Assembly (NCBI GenBank): GCA_965223905.1
Contig: CBDCXV010000001.1
Span: 1,088,001 to 1,152,000 of the forward strand
Reading direction: 5' to 3'
DNA length: 64,000 nt
Source of the DNA: Candidatus Latescibacterota bacterium
GTDB lineage: Bacteria; Latescibacterota; UBA2968; UBA8231
A program made the translations under genes and the position numbers. Shown here one piece after another: positions 27,815 to 37,247 of this stretch. How positions within the stretch are numbered: the stretch's first letter is position 1; every line of letters begins with the position of its first letter. Below the pieces are notes generated by a model, which made no database searches, was not told the DNA's origin, and saw only the letters and a program-made list of their open reading frames with translations.

Positions 27815-29005
27815 TCAGTGGTGAAACAGCCGGATGCCGGTGTGGACCATCACCATGCCGTAGACATCGGCCGCCGCGGTCACCTCCTGGTCCATGGCCG
27901 ATCCCCCGGTCTGCACGATGAACTCGACGCCGCTGCGGCTGGCTCGGTCGATGTTGTCGCGGAACGGGAAGTAGGCGTCCGAGCTCAGGGCCACCCCCTT
28001 CAATCCCGCCAGCCATTCCCGCTTTTCCTCGGCGGACAACGGCTGGGGAACCCTCCTGAAGTTGCGCTCCCAGGAACGGCGCTCCGCCGCTGAAATCGTT
28101 CCCTGGGCGAGCTCATCCTGCAGGTACAGGTCGACGGCGTTGTCGCGGTCAGGGCGCCTGATGCCCCTGCGAAACTCCAGAGCCAGCACGCGCGGATGCT
28201 GGCGCAGGTACCAGTTGTCGGCCTTGCCCGCGGCCAGCCGCACGCAGTGAATGCGCGACTGCTGGCCCGCCCCGACCCCGACAACCTGTCCATCCCTGGC
28301 GAGACAGACGGAATTCGACTGGGTGTACTTGACCGCGACGGCGGCGACGATGAGGTCGCGCACCGCGCTCTCGCTCAGGTCGCGTCGCTTGGTCACCACG
28401 TTGCTCAGGAAATCCTCGTTGGGCACGAAGTCGTTGCGGCGCTGTTCCATCGACAGACCAAAAAGCTGCCGCGTCTCCACCGGGCCCGGCCGGTATTCCG
28501 GGTCGATGCGCAGCACCTTGTAGCTCCCCCCTTGTTTCCCTCGCAGAATGGCGAGCGCCTCGGGGTCGTAGTCCGGTGCGATGATCCCGTCCGACACCTC
28601 GACCCGGATCAACTTCGCGGTGGCGACGTCGACCGGGTCGCTGAGGGCGATCCAGTCTCCGTAGGAGGCGAGGCGATCGGCGCCGCGTGCGCGGGCGTAC
28701 GCGCAGGCCAGCGGGGTCAGCCGGTCAGTTGGAGGCGCGAAAAGGGCGCGGCGCAGCGGTTCCGGCAGCGGGATTCCGACCGCGGCCCCGGCCGGGCTGA
28801 CATGCTTGAACGACGCCGCGGCCGGCAGTCCGGTAACCTGCCTGAGCTCGCTGACGAGCTGCCAGGAGTTGAGTGCGTCCATCAGGTTGATGTAGCTCGG
28901 GGCGTCGTTCAACGCCTCCAGGGGCAACTCACTTCCTGGCAGGTGACAGCGCGCCTGTCGCTGGTGCGGATTGCAACCGTAGCGCATGGCCACTTCCGTC
29001 GTCAT
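27815..29005 (-). CDS. AICAR formyltransferase (PurH C-terminal domain only)
   Basis: RYGCNPHQ, SFKHVSPAGAA, KYTQSNSV, GAGQQSRIHC, SSDAYFPFRDN and RLFHH; no IMP cyclohydrolase domain. Confidence 0.9.
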   Translation of the reverse strand: MTTEVAMRYGCNPHQRQARCHLPGSELPLEALNDAPSYINLMDALNSWQLVSELRQVTGLPAAASFKHVSPAGAAVGIPLPEPLRRALFAPPTDRLTPLACAYARARGADRLASYGDWIALSDPVDVATAKLIRVEVSDGIIAPDYDPEALAILRGKQGGSYKVLRIDPEYRPGPVETRQLFGLSMEQRRNDFVPNEDFLSNVVTKRRDLSESAVRDLIVAAVAVKYTQSNSVCLARDGQVVGVGAGQQSRIHCVRLAAGKADNWYLRQHPRVLALEFRRGIRRPDRDNAVDLYLQDELAQGTISAAERRSWERNFRRVPQPLSAEEKREWLAGLKGVALSSDAYFPFRDNIDRASRSGVEFIVQTGGSAMDQEVTAAADVYGMVMVHTGIRLFHH

Positions 29006-29118
29006 CTGCGTCTCCTGGTTGCTCGGAGTTTTGTTGACACTGAGAGAGAGCGGCTTGTTAATTATGCCGCCGAGGCGCAAAGGAACACACGCTAAAAGTT
29101 GCAAGCAAAGGTGCAGGA

Positions 29119-30156
29119 ATGTTCAAGGGTGGATACACTGCAATCGTCACGCCGATGAAGGAAGACGGCAGTGTCGATTACGACGGATTCGATCGCCTTC
29201 TTGATTTCCAGATAGACAACGGCATCCAGGGGATCATCGCCGTGGGGACCACGGGCGAAAGCCCGACACTTCTTTGGGAAGAGCACAACGAGGTCGTCGA
29301 GCGCACCTGCAGCAAAACGCGGGACCGCTGCATTGCCGTCGCCGGTACGGGGAGCAACTCGACCCGCGAAACCCTGGAGGGAACCGCCCACGCCGCTCAT
29401 GCCGGGGCCGAGGCGGTGCTTCTGGTCGATCCGTACTACAACGGCCCCAGCTCGGTCGAGATCCGCCGCGAATACGTCGAGCCGGTTGCCAGCCGGTTCC
29501 CCCAACTTCAGGTGATTCCCTACATCATCCCCGGGCGCACCGGAACGATGATGCACGCCGAGGACCTGGCGATCCTGTCGCGGCAGTACGGAAACGTCTC
29601 CGCGGTCAAGGAAGCGACGGGGGATTTCGACAACATGGCCAAGACCCGGAGGCTGTGCGGCGACGGCTTCGATGTCCTCTCCGGCGACGACGACAAGACG
29701 GTCGAGATGATGAAGCGGGAAGACATCAAGGCCGCGGGTGTGATTTCGGTGATGTCGAACGTCGTCCCCGCAGGAGTCCAGCGGATGACGGAGCTTCTCG
29801 GGTCCGGCGATCACGCCGGGGCCGACAGGCTGGCTGTCGACATGCAGCCGTTCTTCGGCATGGTAGGCGTCGCCGTCGACGAGGCGACGGAACACGGGAC
29901 GGTGCAGTGCAAGTTCCGCAATCCCCTGCCGGTAAAGACGCTGATGAACATCCTCGGCATGCCGGCCGGCCCCTGCCGCCGGCCTCTCGGAAAGCTCACC
30001 AGGGCAGGTCTCGACGTCGTGGTCGCTGCGGCGCGTCAGGTCTGGGAGAACGACCCCGGTCTGCTGGCACCGGTGGGGGAGTTCTTCGGCGTCGATATCG
30101 AAGCGAGGCTGCACGACAGCTCTCTTCACGAGTCCCTGATCTACGGCTACTACTGA
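29119..30156 (+). CDS. dapA: 4-hydroxy-tetrahydrodipicolinate synthase
   Basis: GTTGESPTL, GTGSNST, PYYN, YIIPGRTG and VKEATG; adjacent to dapB. Confidence 0.92.
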   Translation: MFKGGYTAIVTPMKEDGSVDYDGFDRLLDFQIDNGIQGIIAVGTTGESPTLLWEEHNEVVERTCSKTRDRCIAVAGTGSNSTRETLEGTAHAAHAGAEAVLLVDPYYNGPSSVEIRREYVEPVASRFPQLQVIPYIIPGRTGTMMHAEDLAILSRQYGNVSAVKEATGDFDNMAKTRRLCGDGFDVLSGDDDKTVEMMKREDIKAAGVISVMSNVVPAGVQRMTELLGSGDHAGADRLAVDMQPFFGMVGVAVDEATEHGTVQCKFRNPLPVKTLMNILGMPAGPCRRPLGKLTRAGLDVVVAAARQVWENDPGLLAPVGEFFGVDIEARLHDSSLHESLIYGYY

Positions 30157-30192
30157 TTTCGATTTGAACAGCTTCAAGCCGGGACGGCGAAG

Positions 30193-30996
30193 ATGATCAA
30201 GGTAGCGGTTGACGGAGTCGCGGGGCGGATGGGGCAGCGGTTGGCCAACCTGGTTCTCGAAAGCGACGACCTGACCCTCGCCGGGGCGAAGGAGCATCCC
30301 GATCACCCCTGCATAGGCGCCGACGTCGGCACCGTAATCGGCACTCCGGATGTCGGCGTGCAGGTGGGCTCCCGGGCTGGAGACCTGGTCGCAGGGGCCG
30401 AGGTCGTGGTGGCGTTCACGGCTCCCGAGGCGACCGTCGAGACCGCGGCGGCCTGTGGAGAGAGCGGCACCCCTCTGGTAGCCGGCACCACGGGCATGTC
30501 GGATTCCCAGCTGGCCGAATTCAGGAGTGCCGTAACCGCGATTCCTTGTGTATTCGCCCCCAATTTTTCTACCGCAATGAACGTGCTGTTCCGGCTCGTC
30601 GAGGAGGCGGCGCGCATTCTCGGCGACGACTACGACGTCGAGGTCGTCGAGGCGCACCACCGCTACAAGGCGGACGCACCCAGCGGCTCCGCCCTGCGCC
30701 TGGGGGAGCGCGCCGCCGCAGGTCTGAACCGCTCGCTCGACGAGGTGGCAGTCCACGGCCGCCGGGGGGCGGTCGGGGAGCGCACCCGCCGCGAGATCGG
30801 CGTGCACGCCGTACGTCTCGGCGATCTCGCCGGCGACCACTCGGTTTACTTCGGTGCACCGGGGGAGTACCTCGAACTCAGGCACCACGCCACCAGCCGC
30901 GATTCCTTCGCGCTGGGGGCTCTGAGGGCCGTGCGCTTCGCGGCCTCGGCACCGGCCGGACTGTACGATATGGGGGATGTGCTGGGCTTGAAGTAA
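30193..30996 (+). CDS. dapB: 4-hydroxy-tetrahydrodipicolinate reductase
   Basis: GVAGRMG, GTTG, APNFS, EAHHRYKADAPSG and FALGALRA. Confidence 0.95.
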   Translation: MIKVAVDGVAGRMGQRLANLVLESDDLTLAGAKEHPDHPCIGADVGTVIGTPDVGVQVGSRAGDLVAGAEVVVAFTAPEATVETAAACGESGTPLVAGTTGMSDSQLAEFRSAVTAIPCVFAPNFSTAMNVLFRLVEEAARILGDDYDVEVVEAHHRYKADAPSGSALRLGERAAAGLNRSLDEVAVHGRRGAVGERTRREIGVHAVRLGDLAGDHSVYFGAPGEYLELRHHATSRDSFALGALRAVRFAASAPAGLYDMGDVLGLK

Positions 30997-31010
30997 CCCG
31001 GCCCGGAAGA

Positions 31011-31790
31011 TCAGGTCAGGCTGGAGCGCTCGTGGCTCGGGCCCTTGAGGAAGGGCCGCATGGTGCGCAGCTTGTCCCGCAGGCGGGCGGCCTCTTCGAA
31101 GTTTTCCGCCTCTACCGCTACGTTGAGATCCCTTTCGAGCTGTTCTCGATGCGAGAGCGGCCGCTCCTTTTCCAGCTCTTCGTGCCAGTCGCGGAGGAAG
31201 GAGAGCTCGGGGAAGTCCTCTTCGATCGTTTCGCCTTCCCACTCGGCCATGAAACCCTCGATGCGCTCGATTCCGCGCTCTACTTCGCGCAGGGCGGAGC
31301 GGTAATCCTCTCTGTCGAGGGCCAGCATCGCCTTGGCCCTCGCCTGCATCATGATGGCGTGCGGGTAATACTGCTCGAAGTACCACTTGACTTCGTCGCT
31401 GGCCGCCCGCTGTTGAACGAGGTCGAAGATATCGAGGTTGTGCCCGGTGTCTTCGATGACCCCGGCGTAATCTTCGAGGTAAAAGAGACTGAGATAGCGC
31501 TGGTAGTACTGCCACGCCTCCTGAAACAGTTCTTCGCAAGCCTCGTCATCCAGCTCCGGATTGCCTGCGCCGGCTTCTTTGCCGGACCCGTTCCCGTAAT
31601 GCTCGAGAAGGGAGCCCGAGCCGAAAGGCCGCTGGCCGTCTGGACGCCCCGCAACCTCGAGCTGAAGCATGCCCATGTCGATCCTGATCTGGATCTTTTC
31701 GGAGCCGTCTTTGGCGATAATCCTGCGCGCGATGAACTCATCGGGATCAAAGGGCCAACTGTTCAACAGGTCACCGATGTCGTATTTCAT
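31011..31790 (-). CDS. Conserved protein with C-terminal UvrB/UvrC (UVR) interaction motif
   Basis: QIRIDMGMLQLEVAGRPDGQRP, EAWQYYQRYLSLF and C-terminal AVEAENFEEAARLRDKL. Confidence 0.78.
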   Translation of the reverse strand: MKYDIGDLLNSWPFDPDEFIARRIIAKDGSEKIQIRIDMGMLQLEVAGRPDGQRPFGSGSLLEHYGNGSGKEAGAGNPELDDEACEELFQEAWQYYQRYLSLFYLEDYAGVIEDTGHNLDIFDLVQQRAASDEVKWYFEQYYPHAIMMQARAKAMLALDREDYRSALREVERGIERIEGFMAEWEGETIEEDFPELSFLRDWHEELEKERPLSHREQLERDLNVAVEAENFEEAARLRDKLRTMRPFLKGPSHERSSLT

Positions 31791-31809
31791 CTCTGTTCGA
31801 CCTTCGCGC

Positions 31810-31851
31810 CTTGCGTGGATTTTCGCCACACTTGCGTGGATTTTCGCCACA
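31810..31851. repeat. Perfect 21-bp tandem duplication upstream of the UVR gene
   Basis: CTTGCGTGGATTTTCGCCACA x2; each unit contains GTGG-N7-CCAC. Confidence 0.9.
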
Positions 31852-31983
31852 GTGGCTGGGAAAATTTCAGGTGAATATAGCGTACGCTCCGGTGCTACGC
31901 TACGATGCCGGCCCTCGATTTTCCCGGCGGACATCCTCGATATCACGCCTGCAAACGGTGGCCGTGGGCAGTAATTTCCCGGC

Positions 31984-32012
31984 TTTCAAACGCGGAAAGA
32001 TCCCTCTATACT
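31984..32012 (+). promoter_or_regulatory. Putative sigma70 promoter of the Gfo/Idh/MocA-amidase genes
   Basis: TTTCAA-N17-TATACT. Confidence 0.5.
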
Positions 32013-32065
32013 AAGTCGCCGACGCAGCACCGCTGCCGTGGGAATTTCGTCTGCTCCGAGGAGAA

Positions 32066-33127
32066 ATGATGGCAAGGGAGATTGGATTCGGCGTTGTCGG
32101 CCTGGGTATGGGCCGCCACCACTGCACCGCGATCAACAGGGCGGAGGGGGCCAGGCTCGTCGCCATTTGCGACGCTGACGAGGAGCGTCTCGATGCCGGC
32201 ACCGAAGAGTACGGATGCCGGGGGTACACCGACTACGAAAGCTTCCTTGCCGACGAGGCGGTCGAAGTCGTCAATATCGCCACCCCTTCCGGGTCGCACG
32301 CACAGCTGGCTATCCCGGCGGCAGGGGCGGGCAAACACCTGATCGTCGAAAAACCGGCGGACATCACCGTCGAGCGGATCGACGCGATGATCGCCGCCTG
32401 CGAGGCGAACGGGGTCAAGGCCGCGGGGATCTTCCAGGCCCGTTTCAACACCCTGAACATCCGCATACGGGAAGCCGTAGCCGCAGGCCGGCTCGGCAGG
32501 TTGATCGGCGTGCACGGACACCTGCCCTGGTACCGCACGGGGGAGTACTACGGAGGGGTCCACGGCTCGTGGAAGGGCACCTGGAGGATGGACGGAGGGG
32601 GGTCCCTGATGAACCAGGGGGTCCACACCGTCGACCTGCTGCAGTGGTTTGCCGGAAAGGTCGAGAGCGTGTTCGGGCAGTTCGGCATCTTCGCCCACGA
32701 CATCGAGGCCGAAGACCAGGTAGCCGCAGTGCTCCGTTTCGCCAACGGCGCCCTGGGAACCCTTTACACGACGACCTGCTGCTACCCCGGATACGATCAG
32801 CGGATCACCCTCTACGGCGACCGGGGTTCGATCATCAAGGAGGAGGGGACGCTGGTGAGTTGGAAGATCGCCGACGACCCCGACGGCGCTGAACAGGCCG
32901 AGCTTCTCGGGCGGTTCGGAGCCGATGCTGGCAAGGGCAGCGGGGCGGCGGATCCGATGGCGGCCAGCTTCGACGGCCACACGGAGATCGTGGCCGACAT
33001 GGTCGCGGCGATTCGCCAGGACCGCTCTCCTGCGATCTCCCTGGACAGCGCCCGCCACGCCGTGGAAGTCATCAACGCCGTTTACGAATCGGGCCGCGCC
33101 GGAGCGCCGGTCACGTTGGGAGACTAG
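32066..33127 (+). CDS. Gfo/Idh/MocA family oxidoreductase
   Basis: GVVGLGMG, ATPSGSH, VEKP and GGGSLMNQGVHTVD. Confidence 0.92.
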   Translation: MMAREIGFGVVGLGMGRHHCTAINRAEGARLVAICDADEERLDAGTEEYGCRGYTDYESFLADEAVEVVNIATPSGSHAQLAIPAAGAGKHLIVEKPADITVERIDAMIAACEANGVKAAGIFQARFNTLNIRIREAVAAGRLGRLIGVHGHLPWYRTGEYYGGVHGSWKGTWRMDGGGSLMNQGVHTVDLLQWFAGKVESVFGQFGIFAHDIEAEDQVAAVLRFANGALGTLYTTTCCYPGYDQRITLYGDRGSIIKEEGTLVSWKIADDPDGAEQAELLGRFGADAGKGSGAADPMAASFDGHTEIVADMVAAIRQDRSPAISLDSARHAVEVINAVYESGRAGAPVTLGD

Positions 33128-33129
33128 CA

Positions 33130-34053
33130 ATGGCTCATCATCAATTCACCCCCGACCACTACCACACGGCCATAGGCAGCCACGAACCGGTTCTCGAAAT
33201 CGCGCCGGGCGACAGCGTTTCGACGACGACGGTCGACGCGAGAGGTGGAGATGCGAGCGGCGCAACGGTAACCGAACGGGGAAATCCGCAGACAGGCCCT
33301 TTCTACATCACCGGAGCGGAATCAGGGGATACCCTGGTCATCACCCTGGACGAGCTGCGGCCCAACAGGCCTACGGGATTCACCGGCCTGCGCATCGCCC
33401 CCAACGTGCTCGATCACGGCTACATTCCGCAATTCGGCGACGGCCTCGACGGCGGCACCGCACAATGGGCGGTAGACACGGAAAAGGGCACTGCGAGACT
33501 GCTGTCGCCCGAAGGGCCGTTGACGGCAATCGAGCTGGAGCTCGACCCGATGATCGGCTGCTTCGGGGTGGCCCCGCCCCGCCGGCAGGCCATCTCCTGC
33601 GCCACCTCGGATACCCACGGCGGCAACATGGACTACCGGGGGTTTCGCCAGGGTGTGAAGGTCTACTTTCCCGTGGCTGTCGAGGGCGCCCTGTTTCACC
33701 TGGGGGACGGTCACGCCGTGCAGGGGGACGGCGAGATCGTCGGCACCGGCATAGAGATCTCCTTCGACGTCACCTTTACTGCAGATCTCATCAAGGACAA
33801 ACAGATCGGCTGGCCGCGTGCCGAAAACGACGACTACCTGATGGCGGTCGGCAATGCCCGGCCCCTCGACCAGGCACTGCAGCACGCGACGACCGAGCTC
33901 GTCGAATGGCTTCAGGCCGACTTCGGAATCGACGCCCGCACGGTTCACATGCTGCTAGGACAATGTGTGGAGTACGACGTGGGGAACGTCTACGATCCCG
34001 CCTACACGATGGTGTGCAAGATCGCCAGGAAGTACGTCGAGCAGCTGTCGTAG
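33130..34053 (+). CDS. Acetamidase/formamidase family protein
   Basis: NPQTGPFYI, PMIGCFGVAP, HGGNMD and GDGHAVQGDGE. Confidence 0.9.
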   Translation: MAHHQFTPDHYHTAIGSHEPVLEIAPGDSVSTTTVDARGGDASGATVTERGNPQTGPFYITGAESGDTLVITLDELRPNRPTGFTGLRIAPNVLDHGYIPQFGDGLDGGTAQWAVDTEKGTARLLSPEGPLTAIELELDPMIGCFGVAPPRRQAISCATSDTHGGNMDYRGFRQGVKVYFPVAVEGALFHLGDGHAVQGDGEIVGTGIEISFDVTFTADLIKDKQIGWPRAENDDYLMAVGNARPLDQALQHATTELVEWLQADFGIDARTVHMLLGQCVEYDVGNVYDPAYTMVCKIARKYVEQLS

Positions 34054-34105
34054 ATCGAGAGGAAGCGGAATGTCATGCGGCGCGGCTGTCTGAACCCCCG
34101 CCGAA

Positions 34106-36190
34106 CTATGCGGATTTCTTGCGGCCGGGGACCTCAACCACACCGCCCCGGGCGATCTCCATCAGGGAATCCTGAAAGCTGAGAGCCGGCTCGCCAGGAA
34201 GCGGCTCGAGGCGCAGGTAGGAACCGTCGGACTGCAACAGCCGCGCCTTGACGCGATCGCTCAGGCAGAGCTGCAACTCCTTGTAGAGGCGGTCCTTCAG
34301 CCCCGGGTCCTCTACCGGAAAAACCACCTCGACCCGTCCCCTGAGATTGCGGTTCATCCAATCGGCGCTCCCCGCCCAGATCTCGGCGTCGCCGCCGTTG
34401 TGGAAATAGAACACGCGGCTGTGCTCGAGATAGCGCCCGATGATGCTGTACACCCGGATGTGCTCGCTGATGCCGAGAATGCCCGGGCGCAGGCAGCAGA
34501 TTCCCCTGACCACCAGGTCGATCTCGACGCCGGCGATCGAGGCCGCGTAGAGCTCGCGGATGATCTCGGGGTCTACGAGTCCGTTCATCTTGGCGATGAT
34601 CCGGGCCGGCCTGCCCTGGCCCGCAAACTCCGCTTCCCGTTGAATGCGTTCGACCATGCCGCTGAGAAGGGTCGTGGGCGCGACCAGCAGCTTCTGAAAC
34701 CTCTCCGTCGATCTCGCGGTCAGCAGGTTGAACACCTCGGCGACCTCGCTGTTGAGATTCTCGCGGGCCGTCAGCAGTCCGAGGTCGGTGTAGAAGCGGG
34801 CGGTCTGGTGGTTGTAGTTCCCCGTTCCCATGTGGGCGTAGCGCCGCAGCCGGTCCTCGTCCCGCCGGACGATCATCGACAGCTTGCAGTGCGTCTTCAT
34901 GCCGAGCAGCCCGTAGACGACGTGAACGCCGCACTCTTCGAGCTGTTTGGCCCATTCGATGTTGGAGTTTTCATCGAAGCGGGCCTTCAACTCGATCAGG
35001 GCGGTCACTTCCTTGCCCAGTTCCGCCGCATCGATGAGGGCCTGCACGACCTTGGAGTCTTCGCCGGTCCGGTAGAGCGTCTGCTTGATCGCCAATACCC
35101 GGGGGTCGGAGGCCGCCATGCCGATGAAATCGATGACGGTGTTGAAGGAATCGTAGGGATGGTGGAGGAGGACGTCGCGAGAGCGCAGCGTTTCGAAAAA
35201 CTGGTCGGGATCCCTGGGCAGGTTTAGCTCAACCGGTGTGTAGGGGGAAAATTTCAGGTCCGCCCGGTTGACGACGTCGTAGATGGTGACGACGCGGTTG
35301 AGATTCACCGGCCCGTCGGCGAAGTAGACCTGGTCTTTGTCGAGCCCGAACTGCCTTCTGAGAAAAGTCACCAGGCGCTCCGGAGCGCCGGCTTCGATCT
35401 CCAGGCGGACCGGATCCCCCTTGCGGCGGTTTTCCAGCGATTCGGCGATCTCCTCGAGCAGGTTGTCCGCCTCTTCTTCGTTGACGTAGAGCTCGCTGTT
35501 GCGGGTGACGCGAAAAGCCGCCCACCCGGTCATCTCGTACCCCTCGAAGAGCTCGTTGAGGTGGTGGGCGACGATGCCGGCAAGGGTCACGAGGTTCACG
35601 GAGCCTCGATCGGTGTCTGGGAGCCGGAGAATTCTCGGCAGAACCCGGGGGACGGTGACGACGCCGATGGCAGTGGTGCCGTTCGACTCCAGCAGCACCC
35701 CGTGGCAGAGAGCCTTGTTGAGGACCCGGGGAAAAGGATGCGCAGGATCGATCGCGATCGGGGTGAGGATCGGTTCCAGCTCTTCCTTCCAGTAGCGCTG
35801 GATGAAGGCGCGCTGCTCACCGGTCAGGTGGCTGACTTCCAGCAGGTGGATCTCCTCATCGGACAGCGCCGGAAGCAGCTCGTCGTTCCAGCAGGCGTAG
35901 TGCGAGCGGACGAGCTTGTGCGCCTTGGCGGAGATCGCCTGGATCTGCTCGTCGGGGTTGAGGCCGTCGGCTCCACTGGCGGCGGCCCCGCTGTCGCGCA
36001 GCTGCAGCAGGCCGGCGACCCGCACCTCGAAGAACTCGTCGAGGATATCGGCGACGATCCCGAGAAAGCGCACGCGCTCCAGCAGCGGGTTGCGCCGGTC
36101 GCGCGCTTCTTCGAAGACCCGGCGGTTGAAATCGAGCCAGGAGAGCTCGCGGTTGATGTAGTATTCGGGGCGTCGCAGGTCGGTGGCCAC
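34106..36190 (-). CDS. ppk1: Polyphosphate kinase 1
   Basis: NRELSWLDFN, HHPYDSF, IKQTLYR, ELKARFDE, HMGTGNYN and GRYLEHSR. Confidence 0.96.
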   Translation of the reverse strand: MATDLRRPEYYINRELSWLDFNRRVFEEARDRRNPLLERVRFLGIVADILDEFFEVRVAGLLQLRDSGAAASGADGLNPDEQIQAISAKAHKLVRSHYACWNDELLPALSDEEIHLLEVSHLTGEQRAFIQRYWKEELEPILTPIAIDPAHPFPRVLNKALCHGVLLESNGTTAIGVVTVPRVLPRILRLPDTDRGSVNLVTLAGIVAHHLNELFEGYEMTGWAAFRVTRNSELYVNEEEADNLLEEIAESLENRRKGDPVRLEIEAGAPERLVTFLRRQFGLDKDQVYFADGPVNLNRVVTIYDVVNRADLKFSPYTPVELNLPRDPDQFFETLRSRDVLLHHPYDSFNTVIDFIGMAASDPRVLAIKQTLYRTGEDSKVVQALIDAAELGKEVTALIELKARFDENSNIEWAKQLEECGVHVVYGLLGMKTHCKLSMIVRRDEDRLRRYAHMGTGNYNHQTARFYTDLGLLTARENLNSEVAEVFNLLTARSTERFQKLLVAPTTLLSGMVERIQREAEFAGQGRPARIIAKMNGLVDPEIIRELYAASIAGVEIDLVVRGICCLRPGILGISEHIRVYSIIGRYLEHSRVFYFHNGGDAEIWAGSADWMNRNLRGRVEVVFPVEDPGLKDRLYKELQLCLSDRVKARLLQSDGSYLRLEPLPGEPALSFQDSLMEIARGGVVEVPGRKKSA

Positions 36191-36266
36191 GCGGATCTCC
36201 CGTTTACGAGCGGCGTTCGCGCTTAAACTTACGCTGAAACTCGAAGGTATACATGCCGCCGCCGGC

Positions 36267-37133
36267 TCAAGTCAAATCGCGATCCCGGTGGCGGTGCCTC
36301 TCCCTCCAGACCTCGAGGACGAAGTCGCGGTCGCGGCGCGCATTGCCGAGGACCTCGCGCAGATCGAGGGGAACGTCTCCGGGAGGGGCGATGCCGGCGG
36401 TGAACTCGAGGCAGGCGATGCCGTCGAAGGCGGCATCCTGGACGTGCGCGAGGAAGCGGCGGTAGTCGATCCAGGTGCCTTGCTCGAGAAGGGAGAAGTC
36501 GCCGTCCCTCCGATTCTGCAGGTGCAGGTGGCGGATGCGGCTGTGAAGACGGTCGAAGGCGAAGACCGCCGCCTCCGTGTCGTCCCCGGTGAAGGGCTGA
36601 AAACAGACGCCGGCGTTGTCGCAGGAGCCAAGCTCCTCCAACAACCGGCAGGTGGCGTCGAGGGTGTCGCACAAAGTGCCGCCGTGGGTCTCCAGGGTGA
36701 GGGAGATACCGCGTTCTTCCAGGCTGTCGGCGAGCCGCCTGATGCGCTCGAGCGACAACCGGCGCACCACGGCATCGGCGTCGGCGCTGGCGACGCGGCC
36801 GGAGAAGATCTTGAACGTCGTGCAGCCGAGCAGGTCGGCGTAGTCGGCCGCGATATCGAGCAGCCGCTGCTCCGCCTGCGCTTCGCTCCCGGAAAGATGC
36901 AGCCGCGGGTAGGCCCCGGCGGCAGAAGCGCGCATTCCGAGGTCCCGCATCCTTCCCGCCAGGTCCTCCACGGCGGAGCGGCTCAGACCGGAGATGTGGT
37001 ACTGCCAGATCTCCAGGTCGCGGAAGCCTGCCCGGCGAATCGGCTCGAGCAGGGCTTCGAACGGCCGTGTCAGCCTGCCGGGGGCCGTCCACCGGTTCGG
37101 CTCCAGCATGATCGTGTTGAAAAGGAGCTGCAC
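36267..37133 (-). CDS. Sugar phosphate isomerase/epimerase (xylose isomerase-like TIM barrel)
   Basis: LETHGGT, HLHLQN and ACLEF metal-ligand pattern. Start is GTG 37133 or ATG 37178. Confidence 0.75.
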   Translation of the reverse strand: MQLLFNTIMLEPNRWTAPGRLTRPFEALLEPIRRAGFRDLEIWQYHISGLSRSAVEDLAGRMRDLGMRASAAGAYPRLHLSGSEAQAEQRLLDIAADYADLLGCTTFKIFSGRVASADADAVVRRLSLERIRRLADSLEERGISLTLETHGGTLCDTLDATCRLLEELGSCDNAGVCFQPFTGDDTEAAVFAFDRLHSRIRHLHLQNRRDGDFSLLEQGTWIDYRRFLAHVQDAAFDGIACLEFTAGIAPPGDVPLDLREVLGNARRDRDFVLEVWRERHRHRDRDLT

Positions 37134-37247
37134 CTCGGTCTTCCTAATGGTCGAAGGAAATTGTGCGAGTCCGGGCACCTTCGGAATCGACCCGCGCCCC
37201 GAGTTGGCGAGTCCGTTGAGACCCGGCGGGTCGTCCCTCCGTATGCC

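Noticed and set aside
29006-29118. Possible ZMP/ZTP riboswitch upstream of the AICAR transformylase
   Set aside because: The region is short and lacks the conserved GACUGGCG and GCCUGGGC elements.
29092-31539. 815-aa minus-strand ORF and other long antisense ORFs (10896-12848, 36183-37970, 55849-57684)
   Set aside because: Shadow frames over dapAB, pyrG, the dehydrogenase/epimerase genes and the RND permease, with no recognisable domains.
31810-31851. Direct repeats as a CRISPR remnant
   Set aside because: Only two adjacent 21-bp copies, with no spacer and no cas genes.
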